A DNA stretch of 64,000 nt from Anaeramoeba ignava BMAN (taxonomy: Eukaryota; Protista; Anaeramoebae): positions 1 to 64,000 of the forward strand of contig JAPDFW010000019.1 in NCBI GenBank assembly GCA_028826165.1. The letters are read 5' to 3'. The position numbers were made by a program, and so were the translations under genes. A model generated the notes under the pieces. It was not told the DNA's origin. It did no database searches and saw only the letters and a program-made list of their open reading frames with translations. Positions 36,113 to 50,500 of this stretch are shown one piece after another. Within the stretch, counting starts at the first letter, position 1. Each line of letters opens with the position of its first letter.

Positions 36113-39100
36113 ATGACTGATGAAAAACCAAAAGAAAAACCAAAAGAAAAAATAAATGAAAATTTAATAGAAACAGATGAAAAAGAAAAAGAAAAAGAAA
36201 AAGAAAACCAAGAAGAAAAAGACAAAGAAAAATTATTTGATTATGATAGATATGGATTTTTACTTGATAAAAAGTATATTTTTTCCTTTTAAAAATTAAT
36301 TAATTTTTTTTTTCTAATTTAATCAATTTTTTTTTTACTTTTGAATTAAATAAAGATTGGGTCAAAAAAGAACCACTTCAGAACTTAAAAATGTTCAACG
36401 GGAAGTTGAAAGAGGAACTAAGTGGAGAGAAATGATGGATCAATGGGAGAAATATGCAACTAAAAAAAGTGGTGTTGTAAGTTGATTTTTTTTTGCTTTT
36501 TTTTATAAATAATTTTATAAATAATTTTATAAATAATTTTATAAATAATTTTATAAATAATTTTATAAATAATTTTATAAATAATTTTATAAATAATTTT
36601 ATATATAATTTTATAAATAATTTTATAAATAATTTTATAAATAATTTTATAAATAATTTTATAAATAATTTTATAAATAATTTTATAAATAATTTTATAA
36701 ATAATTTTATAAATAATTTTATAAATAATTTTATAAATAATTTTATAAATAATTTTAATAAATAATTTTATAAATAATTTTATAAATAAATAAAATTTTA
36801 TAAATAATTTTATAAATAATTTAATAATTAATTTTATAAATAATTTTAATAAATAATTTTATAAAATAATTTTATAAATAATTTTATAAATAATTTTATA
36901 AATAATTTTATAAATAATTTTTTAATTTTATAAATAATTTTATAAATAATTTTATAATAAATAATTTTATAAATAATTTTATAAATAATTTATAAATAAT
37001 TTTTTATAAATAATTTTATAAATAATTTTATATTTAATTTTTATATTAAATAATTTTATAAATAATTTTATAATTAATTTTATAAATAATTTTATAAATA
37101 ATTTTATAAATAATTTAATAAATAATTTAATAAATAATTTTATAAATAATTTTATAAATAATTTATAAATAATTTTATAAATAAATTAATAAATAATTTT
37201 ATAAATAATTTTATATTTAATTTTATATTTAATTTTATATTTAATTTTATATTTAATTTTATAAATAAAAATTGAAGCTAAAAAGAAGAATAAGAAAAGG
37301 TATACCAGATAGTTTTAGAGGAGAAGCTTGGATGAAAATATCACAAAGTGAAATATTAAGAGATCGAATGAGAAAAAAAGAAGGAGCTGATTTTTATCTT
37401 AAATTATTAGAAGAAGAAAATGAAGAAGCAAACGCAATTATTGAAAGAGATCTTAATAGAACATTTCCTAAACATGAAAATTATAGAGTTGGATCAGAGT
37501 ATATTTTCTATTTAATCATCAATTTTAATCTAAATTTAAATTTATATTTATTTTCTAAATTTTTAAGACAAAAGAGATTATCTCGTATTCTTCGTGCTTG
37601 GTCAGTTTATAATAAAACTGTTGGATATTGTCAAGGTTGATTTCAAATTTAAATTTAAATTTAAATTTTAATTTTAATTTTAATTTTAATTTTAATTTTA
37701 ATTTTAATTTTAAATTTAATTTTAATTTTAATTTTAATTTTAATTTTAATTTTAATTTTAAAATTTTTATAATTTAATTTTTTTTTAATTTTAATTTTAA
37801 TTTTAAATTTAATATTAAATTTAATTTTTAATTTTAATTTTAATTTTAATTTTAATTTTAATTTTAATTTTAATTTTAATTTTATAAATGAATTTTAATT
37901 TTATAAATGAATTTTAATTTTATAAATGAATTTTAATTTAAATTTTAATATTAATTTTAATTTTAATTTTAATTTTAATTTTAAATTTAATTTTAATTTT
38001 AATTTTAATTTTAATTTTAATTTTAATTTTATAAATGAATTTTAATTTTATAAATGAATTTTAATTTAAATTTAAAAATAGGAATGGCTTTTGTTGCAGC
38101 TTTATTACTTTTTTATCTTGAAGAAGAAGTATAATTAATCAATTTTAAAAAAAAAAACTCAAAACAATTTTTTCTGATTGAAATATAAAATTTTATATTT
38201 AAATAAAGGATGCTTTTTGGACATTTGTTGTTTTAATGGAACAATATCATATGAGCAGATTATATTCAATTGGATTTCCATTATTTCAACAACAATTATA
38301 TCAATGGGATAAACTTTTTGAAAAATTGGATAAGAAAGTTTTTCTTCATTTCCAAGAACAAAGTGTTATGTCTCAAATGTATGGAAGTCGTTGGTTCTTA
38401 ACAATTTTTGCAAATACTTTTTCTTTTCCAATTGTTTTGAGAATTTTTGATATTTTTCTTCATGAAGGAATTGAATTTGTATTTCATGTTGCTTTTGCTA
38501 TTATTAAACTTTTTAGAAGTAATTTCTAATTTACATTCAAAATAAATATTTAAATCCAAAATAAATATTTAAATTCAAAAATATTTAAATTCAAAAATAT
38601 TTAAATCTAAAATAAATATTTAAATTCAAAATAAATATTTAAATCTAAAATAAATATTTAAATTCAAGATAAATATTTAAATTCAAAATAAATATTTAAA
38701 TTAAAAATAAATATTTAAATCAAAATAAAATATTTAAATCAAAAATAAATATTTAAATCGAAATAAAATATTTAAATCAAAAATAAATATTTAAATTCAA
38801 AATATTTAAAATTCAAAATAAATATTTAAATCTAAAAATAAATATTTAAATTCAAAAATAAATATTTAAATTCAAAATAAATATTTAAATTCAAAATAAA
38901 TATTTAAATTCAAAAAATATTTTAAATCAAAAATAAAAATTTAAATATTTAAATTAAAAAAAAAAATTTAAATTAAAAATAAAATTTAAAATAAAATATT
39001 TAAATTCAAAATAAATATTTAAATTAAACTAAAAAATTAAATATTTAAATTCAAAATATTTAAATTCAAAATAAATATTTAAATTCAAAATAAATATTTA

Positions 39101-40368
39101 AATTCAAAAATAAATATTTAAACTAAAAAAAATAAATATTTAAATCCAAAATAAATATTTAAAATAAATTTAAAATCAAAAATATTTAAATCAAAAATAA
39201 ATATTTTAAATATTAAAAATCCCAATTTAAAAATAAATATTTAAATCTAAAAATAAATATTTAAATTCAAAATAAATATTTAAATCTTAAAAATAAATAT
39301 TTAAATCCAAAATAAATATTTAAATTCAAAATAAATATTTAAATTTAAAAATAAATATTTAAAATAAAATATTTAAATATTAAAAATATTAAAAAAAATA
39401 AATTTAAAATTTAAAAATTTAAAATTTAAATCAATTTAAATATTTTAAAAAAAAAAAATATTTTTAATTAAAAAAAATTAAATTCAAAAAAAATATTTTC
39501 AAAAATAAATAAAAATAAAAATTTTTAAATAAAAAAAAAAATATTTAAATTTAAAAAAATAAATATAAAAATTAAAATAAATATTTAAATTCATTTAAAA
39601 TAAATAAATATTTAAATTCAAAAATAAAATATTTAAATTCAAAAAAAAATATTAAAAAATATTTAAATTAAAAATAAAATATTTTTAAAAATAAAAATTA
39701 TTTAAAAATAAATTTAAAAAATTAAAATTTAAAATAAATTTAAATATTTAAAAAAAAAAAAAATTTAAATTAAAATAAAATATTTAAATCCAAAATAAAT
39801 ATTTAAATTCAAAAATAAATATTTAAATCCAAAATAAATATTTAAATTCAAAATAAAATATTTAAATTCAAAAATATTTAAATCTAAAATAAATATTTAA
39901 ATCAAAATAAAAATATTTTAAATATTTAAAAAAAAAATTTTAAATTAAAAATAAATATTTAAATCCAAAATAAATATTTAAATCCAAAATAAAATATTTA
40001 AATCTAAAAATAAATATTTAAATTAAAAATAAATATTTAAATTCAAAATAAATATTTAAATCAAAAATAAATATTTAAATTCAAAATAAATATTTAAATT
40101 CAAAATAAATATTTAAATTCAAAATAAATATTTAAATTAAAAATAAATATTTAAATTAAAAATAAATATTTAAATAAAATTCCTTTTAGAACAAATGTTG
40201 GAAATGCAATTTGAACAATTAGTTCAATTTGTTCAAAATATTAACCTTCAACCAATTGATGAAGATGAATTAATTTCTACTGCAACTTCAATTTCAATTA
40301 AATATAAAGATTTAGCAAGATGGGCAGATGAATATCATTTACAACAAGAAGAACAAAAAGAAAAATAA
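36113..40368 (+). CDS. TBC-domain Rab GTPase-activating protein; 7 exons
   Basis: DRYGF, RIRKGIPDSFRGEAW, IERDLNRTFP (Arg finger), VGYCQGMAFVAALLL (Gln finger), EEEDAFW, WFLTIF, LRIFDIFLHEG. Introns 36274-36355, 36477-37277, 37499-37567, 37636-38081, 38129-38208, 38519-40189. Confidence 0.92.
36502..37262. repeat. Intronic 12-bp array (ATAATTTTATAA)n
   Basis: Near-perfect 12-mers in TBC intron 2. Confidence 0.92.
37640..38075. repeat. Intronic (AATTTT)n array
   Basis: Fills TBC intron 4. Confidence 0.88.
38530..40175. repeat. Intronic ~18-bp array (AAAATAAATATTTAAATTC)n
   Basis: Fills TBC intron 6; the middle part is degraded. Confidence 0.88.
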
Positions 40369-40616
40369 AAATGGAAAAAAAAAATTTTTAATTCAAATTG
40401 AAAAATTTCCAAATTATTTTTACTTTTCTTTTTTTTGAATTGAAATTGATCTTCTTCTTCTTTTTGAAATTAAATAAAAAACCAATTATTTTCTCTTTTT
40501 ATTTTTCCTTTTTTATTTTTAATTAAAAGTTGTCAAAAAAAAAGCAAAAAAAAAAGAGAGAAAAAAATTTTCTTTTTTTTTTAAATTTTTTTTTTCATTT
40601 TTTTGCTTTTCTTCTT

Positions 40617-43105
40617 ATGACAAAAAAGTTACCAATTATTTACAAACCTTCTTATTTAACAGAAGAAAAACTTCAAAACATTGCTAAAAACAAATATAAC
40701 GGAAAAGATAATTCAATTCTTTATCGATTTGTTTTTGGTCATTTTTATAATTTTTTGGTGAATCATGTTATTCCTTCTTGGGTTGCGTAAGTTTTCTCTT
40801 TTCAAAATTTATTTACAAATTTATTTACAAATTCATTTATAAATTTATTTACAAATTTATTTACAAATTCATTTACAAATTTATTTACAAATTTATTTAC
40901 AAATTTATTTATAAATTTATTTACAAATTTATTTATAAAATTATTTACAAATTTATTTATAAATTTAAATACAAATTTATTTACAAATTTAAATTCAAAT
41001 TCAAATTCAAATCCAAAAATCAAATTCAAATTAAAATTTATTTATAAATTTATTTATAAATTCAAAATCCAAAATTCAAAATCCAAAAATCAAATCAAAA
41101 TTTATTTATAAAATTAAATCTAAAATCAAAATCAAAAATCAAATTCAAAATTAAAAATTATAAAATTCTTTTTATTTAGACCGAATTTGGTTTGTGGATT
41201 CTTTTAAAAGTTCAAAAATTAAATACTTAAAACAAAAAAAAACGATTTTTTAGATTACTTTTATTGGATTCCTATTTCAAGTAATTAGTTACATTGTTGT
41301 TTGGATTTATTCACCTTCTATGAACAAAGAAATGCCAAGTTGGGTTTATTTTTTCACAGCATTTTGTCTTTTTGTGTATTTTACATTGGATAATTGTGAT
41401 GGAAAACAAGCAAGAAAAACCAATTCATCAACTCCATTAGGTCAACTCTTTGACCATGGTAATTTCTTTATCAAATCCTTAATTGAATAACACTTGCTCA
41501 TAATTCCTTTTTGTATTTTTTATTAGGTTGTGATTGTATAACAACATCTGTAAATTTTCTTTTGATTTTTTGTTGGAATTCTTTTCCTAATTTAATATAA
41601 TTTACAGCTTATTTTACAAAATCTTTGCGCAACTATTCAAGCTGGAGCTTCGGTTCGTTTTGCAATGTTTCTTTTAATGGGAGTTCCTATTTTTTATTTT
41701 GCTACTTGGGAAGAGTAATTGTTATTTTTATTAATTCTATATAATGAATTATTTTTTTTTCACCTTTTTAAAAATTAATTGGAAAAATTTTGTTCTTTTT
41801 TCTTTTAGATATATGACAGATTATTTTTATCTTCCAGAATTAAATGGACCTGATGAAGGTTTATTTTTGATTACTGTTATGTTTATTCATGGTGGATTTG
41901 GTATTGATTATTTATTTCTTTTTATTTTTCTTTCAAAAAATCTAAACAACAAAAATTTATTCCACTTTTTCTTTTTCTTTTTCTTTTTCTTTTTCTTTTT
42001 CTTTATTTAGATCCTAATTTTTGGAAAAAATCAACTTTTGGAATTGAAAATTTTAATTATCTTTTTGTTTTTACTTTGTTTTTATTTGTTGTTACTGCTG
42101 CTGGAAAGTTTGAATTTTAAAGATTAATTTAAAAAGCAAAAAAATTGATTAGAAATTAATCAAAAATTTTTTTTTCTGTTTTTAATTAGCTTTAAAAATG
42201 CTATGAAAGGTGATCATTTTAAAGAAAGTTCTAAGTTATACATTTTCAAGTCTCTTTCACCATGTTTCTTAACATCATTATTTGGATCTTTATGGATTTA
42301 TTTTAGATTTGAATTATTTTTAAAGCATCCTCGACTTGTTATGACATCAATTGGTTTTATTTTTGCAAACATTAATGTATTTATTTCAAAATCGGATAAT
42401 AATTTATTTCAATATTTTATTTAATAATTTAATATTTTATTTCAAAATCGGATAATAATTTGTTTTTAATATTTTATTTTAAAATTTATTTTATTTATTT
42501 TAATATTTTATTTCAAAATCGGATAATAATTTATTATAATAATTTATTTAATATTTTATTTTATTATTTTATTTTAATTATTTTAATATTTTATTTAATA
42601 TTTTAATAATTTATTTTAATATTTTATTTTAAAATCGGATAAATATTTATTTTAATATTTTAATAATTTATTTTAAAATTTTAATATTTTAATAATTTAT
42701 TTCAAAATCGGATAAATATTTATTTTAATATTTTAATAATTTATTTTAAAATTTTAATATTTTAATAATTTATTTCAAAATCGGATAAATATTTATTTTA
42801 ATTATTTTAATATTTTAATATTTTAATAATTTAAAAATTGTAATAATTTTAGTTACGAGTTTTAGTTGCACATGTTTCAAAAGATTTTGGTAATTGGTAT
42901 ATCAAAAAAAGATTTTTAATGCTTTTCGCAATTCCTATTGCTTATTATCTTTTTGGTTGGATTGTTATTTCTGAAGAAACATTTTTACGTTTTTATGCCT
43001 TCTTTTAATGTTCTTTCTTTCTTACATTTTGGTTCTTCAATTGCTTATGAAATTAGTGATCATTTAGGAATCAAAATTTTCAAAATTAAACCAAAAGAAA
43101 ATTAA
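40617..43105 (+). CDS. Choline/ethanolamine phosphotransferase (CDP-alcohol phosphotransferase); 9 exons
   Basis: Spliced PSWVA-PNL-ITFIG; signature [39 protein letters not shown], C-terminal EISDHLGIKIFKIK. Introns 40787-41179, 41190-41253, 41459-41526, 41550-41607, 41716-41808, 41901-42010, 42108-42189, 42377-42852; one indel near 43005. Confidence 0.92.
40805..41165. repeat. Intronic (AAATTTATTTAC)n array grading into (AAAATC)n
   Basis: Fills intron 1 of the phosphotransferase gene. Confidence 0.85.
42380..42850. repeat. Intronic ~60-110 bp repeats anchored on TTTCAAAATCGGATAA
   Basis: Six copies of AAAATCGGATA near 42388, 42444, 42515, 42631, 42704, 42777. Confidence 0.8.
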
Positions 43106-43194
43106 TTTCAAAAAAAAAACAATTTTTATTTTCATTTTTTTTCATTTTTCCATTTTTCATTTTTTTCTTTTCTTTTTTTCTTCTTTTTAAAAAA

Positions 43195-46100
43195 ATGGGA
43201 AATAAAAATCAAAATCAAAATCAAAATCAAAATCAAAATCAAAATCAAAATCAAAATGAAAAAAAACTTCCACAAAAAAGTCAAAGTGTTGAACCAAATG
43301 AAAGAATACATTTTCCAACTTCGAATCAAAAACTACAATCAAAAAGTAAAAGTGTTCAAACAAAAAAAAAATCAATAATTAATGAAAATGATCATTATAA
43401 ATGGCATCTTGAAATGCAAAAAAAATATGAACAAGAACAAGAACAAGAATTAGAAATTCAACAAGAATCGGTTGCTATTTCAATTCAAGAAATGATTCGA
43501 ATGAAAGTTTCACGTCGAAATTTCCTTAATTCTTTTTCATATCTTCTTAATTTTCAATCAAAAATTAAAGCTTTAAATCAAAGAAATTCTTTTAAATTTA
43601 ATTCTCAAAATGTTTTGGTTATTCAGTCTTATTTTAGAATGAAAAATGAGTTTAAGAATTTTCAAAATGAAAAAAGAATAATGAATACAATTGAAAATAA
43701 AATAAAAATGAAAAGAGAAACGGATGAATTTAAAACAAGTAAAATTTTAATTTTAATTTTAAATTTTAATTCTAATTCTAATTCTCATTTTTTAAAAAAG
43801 CTTTAAAGAATATAAAAGTTATTCAAACTCAAATTAAAATGAAAAATGCAGAAAATCATTTCAAAAAAAGTAAATTTAATCAAAAATTTAAAAATAAAAA
43901 GTTTGCTAGTTCAAATTTATTAAAAAAACAAACAAAAAAAAAACAAGAACAAAATTCTGCTTTAGTTTTCCAATCTTTTACAAGAAATCATTTTATAAAT
44001 CAAATTTATAATTTCAAAAAATTAAAACACAGAACTTCTGTTGCAAAAGAATTACTTGAAACAGAAGAAACTTACGTTAGATTTTTAAAATTATTAGTTG
44101 TAGATATTATTCAACCTTTAGAGAATTTAAAAATACTTTCTCAAACAGAAATTCGAGGTATTTTTAGTTGTGCAAAAGAAATTCTTTTTGCAAATACAAT
44201 GTTTCTTGAAAAATTTCGCAAAATTATTTCAAATTGGAATGCGGATTCATTAATTAGTTCATGTTTTGATACAAATGTAAATTTAGGTTATTTTAGGAAA
44301 TGATTAGATTTATTTTTGAATCAACTTAAATTGTTTTCTTTTATTAGGTTAATATTTTTAAAATGTATTCATTATTTATCAATAATTTTGAACAATCAAG
44401 AGCATTAGTTCTTCAATCAATGAAAAAAAATTCAAAATTTTCTGCTTTTTTGAATAATAAACTTGATGATCCAAAATTTGAGAATCAAAATCTTGAATCC
44501 ATGTTGATTATGCCTGTTCAAAGATTACCAAGATATGTAAATTTAAATCAATTTTAAATCAATTTTAAATCAAATTTAAATCAATTTTAAATCAATTTTA
44601 AATCAATTTTAAATCAATTTTAAATCAATTTTATATCAATTTAAATAAATTTTATATCAAATTTAAATCAATTTTAAATCAAATTTAAATCAAAATTAAA
44701 TCAATTTTAAATCAAATTTAAATCAAATTTATATCAAATTTAAATCAATTTATATCAAATTTAAATCAATTTTATATTAATTTTATATTAATTTTAAATC
44801 AATTTTAAATCAATTTTAAATCAAAATTAAATCAAATTTAAATCAATTTTAAATCAAATTTAAATAAAAATTAAATCAAATTTAAATCAAATTTAAATCA
44901 ATTTTAAATCAATTTTAAATCAAATTTAAATCAATTTTAAATCAAATTTAAATCAATTTTAAATCAATTTTAAATCAAATTTAAATCAAATTTAAATCAA
45001 TTTTAAATCAAATTTAAATCAATTTTAAATCAATTTTAAATCAAATTTATATCAAATTTAAATCAATTTTAAATCAATTTTAAATCAATTTTATATCAAA
45101 TTTAAATCAATTTTAAATCAATTTTAAATCAATTTTAAATCAATTTTATATCAATTTTAAATCAATTTTAAATCAATTTTAAATCAATTTTAAATCAATT
45201 TTAAATCAATTTTAAATCAAATTTATATCAATTTTAAATCAATTTTAAATCAAATTTAAATCAATTTTATATCAATTTTAAATCAATTTTATATCAAATT
45301 TAAATCAAATTTAAATCAATTTTAAATCAATTTTAAATCAATTTTATATCAAATTTATATCAAATTTAAATCAAATTTAAATCAAATTTATATCAATTTT
45401 AAATCAATTTTAAATCAAATTTAAATCAATTTTAAATCAAATTTAAATAAAAATTAAATCAAATTTAAATCAAATTTAAATCAATTTTAAATCAAATTTA
45501 AATCAAATTTAAATCAAATTTATATCAATTTTAAATCAAATTTAAATCAAATTTATATCAATTTTAAATCAATTTTATATCAAATTTATATCAATTTTAT
45601 ATCAATTTTAAATCAAATTTTAAATCAAATTTAAATCAAATTTAAATCAAATTTAAATCAAATTTAAATCAATTTTATATCAATTTTAAATCAAATTTAA
45701 ATCAAATTTATATCAATTTTAAATCAATTTTAAATCAATTTTATATCAATTTTAAATCAATTTTAAATCAAATTTATATCAAATTTAAATCAAATTTAAA
45801 TCAAAATTAAATCAAATTTATATCAATTTTAAATCAAATTTAAATCAAATTTAAATCAAATTTAAATCAATTTTAAATCAAAATTAAATCAATTTTATAT
45901 CAAATTTAAATCAAATTTAAATCAATTTTAAATCAAATTTAAATCAATTTTAAATCAATTTTAAATCAAATTTAAATCAATTTTAAATCAATTTTAAATC
46001 AAATTTATATCAATTTTATATCAATTTTAAATCAATTTTAAATCAATTTTATATCAAATTTAAATCAATTTTAAATCAAATTTAAATCAATTTTATATCA

Positions 46101-47243
46101 AATTTAAATCAATTTTAAATCAAATTTAAATCAATTTTAAATCAATTTTAAATCAATTTTAAATCAAATTTAAATCAATTTTATATCAATTTTATATCAA
46201 TTTTAAATCAATTTTAAATCAATTTTAAATCAAATTTAAATCAAATTTAAATCAATTTTAAATCAAAATTATATCAAATTTAAATCAAATTTAAATCAAA
46301 TTTAAATCAATTTTATATCAATTTAAATAAATTTTATATCAATTTTAAATCAAATTTAAATCAAATTTTATATCAATTTTAAATCAATTTTAAATCAATT
46401 TTATATCAATTTTAAATCAAATTTAAATCAATTTTAAATCAATTTTATATCAAATTTAAATCAATTTTAAATCAATTTTATATCAATTTTATATCAAATT
46501 TATATCAAATTTAAACCAATTTTATATCAAATTTAAATCAAATTTATATCAAAATTAAATAAATTTTAAATCAAATTTATATCAATTTTATATCAATTTT
46601 AAATAAAAATTAAATCAAATTAAAAATTAAATAGATTCTCTTATTGGAACAACTGATTAAATACACACCAATAGAACATCCCGATTATATTTTACTTCAA
46701 AATTCTTTAAGATTGGTCAAAAGTACAACAGATGATGTACACGAAAAGAAAAAAAAACAAGAAAAATCATCAGAATTAAAAGAAATCGATAACACTTTAA
46801 CAATAAAATCAAAACAAGATTTCAAATTCCAATTATTAAAACCAGCAAGAATATTTGTTGCAAAATTTCCAGTGATATTTTTACAAAAAGGAGCAAAACA
46901 ATATGTTCTTTTCATATTCAATGATATTCTTTTAGTTGTCAAACCAACAAAAAATCTCAAGAAGAAAAATGTTCAATATAAAGTTTGTGGAATCGTTTAT
47001 TTATTGGATATTCTCAATGTTTCCAAAATGAATGAAGATTATGGAAATAGAACTGATCTTATGTTTTCTTTAAAAGATACTCATTTCGTTTTTCGTTTCG
47101 AAGATCAAAATCAATTACAAGAATTTATTAAATGTTTAGAAGATACTAAAAAAATTGAAAGTGAATCTCTTTCTGCAAAAACAAAAGAAGGAGATCGTGA
47201 AAAAACTATCTTAAAAAAAAATGGAATTCATACTTATTTTTGA
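43195..47243 (+). CDS. RhoGEF with IQ-like motifs, DH and PH domains; 4 exons
   Basis: IQEMIRM, IQSYFRM; DH ELLETEETYVRFL, IRGIFS, MYSLFINNF, LESMLIMPVQRLPRY-ILLLEQLIKYTPIEHPDY; PH YVLFIFNDILLV. Introns 43739-43800, 44277-44347, 44537-46634. Confidence 0.92.
44537..46625. repeat. Intronic 11-bp array (AATCAATTTTA / AATCAAATTTA / TATCAATTTTA)n, ~2.1 kb
   Basis: Starts at the 5' splice site and runs to the acceptor. Confidence 0.93.
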
Positions 47244-47510
47244 TTGAAATTTTTTTTTTTTTTTTTTAGGAATTTTTTTTTCTAAATTTGGGAAAGTAAA
47301 ATTTTAAAAGGGAAAAAAAAATTTTGGATTATTTTTGAATTTAATTAAAGATTAAAATTTAATTTTTATTTTTTATTTTCAAAATGAATCATTTCCAGTT
47401 GGCAAAAAAATTTTAATTTAATTTTTATTTTTTAATTTTATTTTTTTTTTCATTTTTTTTCATTTGCATTCTTTTCCAATTTTAAAAAATTAAAAATTAA
47501 AAAATTAAAA

Positions 47511-50500
47511 ATGAAAAAGTAAAAATAAAAATTAAAATTAAAATTATAAATAAAAATTAAAATTAAAATTATAAAAAAAGAATTAGTTTGATTTGTATTT
47601 TAATAATCTTAGTTACTTTTAAAGAAATTAATTCTCAATACGTGGTTGATAAAATAAATGGAATTGACACAGGAGATTGCACTTCACAACCATGCAAAAC
47701 AATAGGACGGGCAGTTTCCTTAGCAGTAGATGGGTCTGATATAACAATATATGCCACAGGAATATATTCAGATGACGGAGATTGCGGACTAGTTGTGAAC
47801 CAAACAACTTTAATGATACAAGGAAATGATGGACAAAATTTTCCAGTTGTGGATTGCAAATCCAAAGCGACTTGGCTAAGCACAACCGCGTACAACACAA
47901 AACTCGAAGTTATGAAGATGGTGGTTCAAAACGCGGTTCTTGATATTGATGCTGTGACAAGTGAAGCAGCAGGCGCTTTTATCACGACAAACAACTCGAA
48001 CGTCCATTTATCTCAATGCAGTTTTCTTAATGGAGATGTTGTTGGTGCTAACGGAAGCGAAAATTCGTCTTTTACCAGCGGAATATACATCGAAAATTCG
48101 CTTGAAATTTCCTTAGTTGAGGTCGATTTCATAAATAACGGAAAAAGCAAAAATATTCACAATTCTGCCGGTGCCGGAATTTTGAGATATTCGGGACAAT
48201 CCATTTCCGGCGCAATTTTTGCCATTCGATATTGCAATGTGGAAAATAATTCTGGTGATACTGGCGGTTTTTATGTTGATGCTCTTTATTCAATCCCGAA
48301 TTTCAATCTCGAAATAATAAAAACCCAATTTGTAAACAATTCGGGCGTTTTATATGGAGGAATGTTTTTCAGTCAAAATAATGGAGATGTCAATGTGTCG
48401 CATGTTCTTGAAGGAAATCTTTTTGAAAACAACAGTGGTGTGAATGTCGGTGGTTTTGCGTTTGCAGAGTCGGATGTTTCCACAAACATGACTGCGGGAC
48501 TGACAGATAACAAATTTGTCAGCAATTCGGGACGAAATCAAGCGGGAGGACTGTCATATTTTTCAGGGAAAATTGACGGTTGCAACATGACATTGACACG
48601 GAATAACTTCACTGCCAACCAAGGACGAACAGGTGGCGTTGGCATGCGGGTGTATCTGCCTGACAAAGAAAAAGCGAACCAACTTGGGATGAATTTGAAT
48701 TTTTGGATCGAGAACAACGGCGAAAACGGCGGAGGTTTGCTCATCAAAGCGCCGTTCCAAGTTGTTTCGCTTTCTAATATGTTTCAAGAAAACACAGCCG
48801 TTCAAGGTGGAGCAATTTGCCTTCAAGACTCGGTTTCTTTCGAAGACTTTAGCAGCCAGTTCTGGCTTAATAACGCCGAATTGGGCGCTTCTATTCTTGA
48901 CGTTTCTGGCGGTTACACCTCGCTGCAACTGTCGTATTTGTTTGTTTCTGACAATTATTATCCTAACGTTTTCTTCATCAATAGTAGCACTGTCACTTTT
49001 GGCAGTCTCAGCGCAACATGTCCAAACGGAAGCAACTTTCTGCCTGACTTTAGCAGCTCGCGATTGACTTACCAATGCGAGCCTTGTGCTGCAGGAACAT
49101 TTTCGACAGTCAGAGGAACAATGCTGAATAATGTCACATGTTTCGAGTGTCCGCAACGTGCCGCATGTTTTGGAGGATCTGACGTTTACATCGAGTTTGG
49201 ATTTTGGGCCCAATCACTGCAAAACGGCGACATTGACATATATGAATGTCCGGTAGATTATTGTTTGCCGGGAAATCTAAACACTTTACAATTACCAAAA
49301 CAAGGGGAATGCACAAATAATCGGACAGGGCTTATCTGCACAGAGTGCGCAGCGGGATTTACAGAGACGCTTCTGCCGAACAGTAATTGCGCGGCGGTTT
49401 CTGAGTGCAAGAACCAGGTGTGGCAGTATGTGCTCCTTTTGCTTCCGAAGGTGTTTCTTCTCGTTTGGGCGTTTATGTACGTGCCTCACGCATCAACACC
49501 GCATTTCCACATCGTCGTGCATTTCGTGCAAGTGCTTTCATTAGTGCTTCCTGCTCCAGGTCCTCGTGCTGACGATTTTTTCTGGAGCGTTGTTTGGTCA
49601 GTTATCCAACTTTTCGATCTTCAAACAGCTCTTCCCATTTTCCGCAACTTCGGTGCCTGTCCAGCAGCCTCAATGACAGGTCTCAAAAAGATATTCATGC
49701 AGTTCGTCGGTCCTCTTGTTTTTTTTGGCACGCTTCTGCCTCTTTATATTTTCGCCTTCATCAGAAAATGTGCCCAAACAGCGGAAAGTGATGAGATTTC
49801 CGGTGAGGAGAGTTCAGATTCCCAAGTTCCCCAGAGATCTCGAAGGAAGAAAGTCCCAGACGAGATTGAGCTTTCGAGCGAGGACAACATCTCCGACAAA
49901 GATAGTGATCTCCAAGAGCATAACGGTTCGCCAAGCAAGATCGGGACTGTCAAAAAAATCAAAACTCCCGATTTCGATGGTGATCTTGTCTCAATTCAAT
50001 GGCACTCAGCACAAGCAGATCTTCTCCCAGACTCCCAACAAAGCGCCCCTGATAATGCTCCCCAAAATGCAATTGGCGAAGACCCTCTTAATCCCCTTTC
50101 GAACGATCAAGACCCCTCAGAAATTTCAGAGACTTTTTTGGATCGCGATGACATCCGCAACTTGGGTCTTGATCAGCTTGATATCTCCGACAGCTCCGAA
50201 CTCTACGATGCAGCAGAAAAACGAGGGAAGACTTCTGCAGTAATATTGCCTGCAAATCTCACTTTGATTAAACGCTTGAATCTTGCGTTTTGGACTGTTT
50301 TTCTTCTTGCCTATTTTGTGCTTGTCAAAACGTCATTCGATTTAGTCAGTTGCATTTCCATAAATGTCGACAACAACTACGAGCTTCGGCTCTACAGAGA
50401 TGCTTCTGTGAAATGCTACTCAGCATGGCAAATTGTGTTTTTTGTGATTTTGGGCATTCTTCTTTTCGTTCCGTTTATCCTTTTGATCTCACTTACGCGA

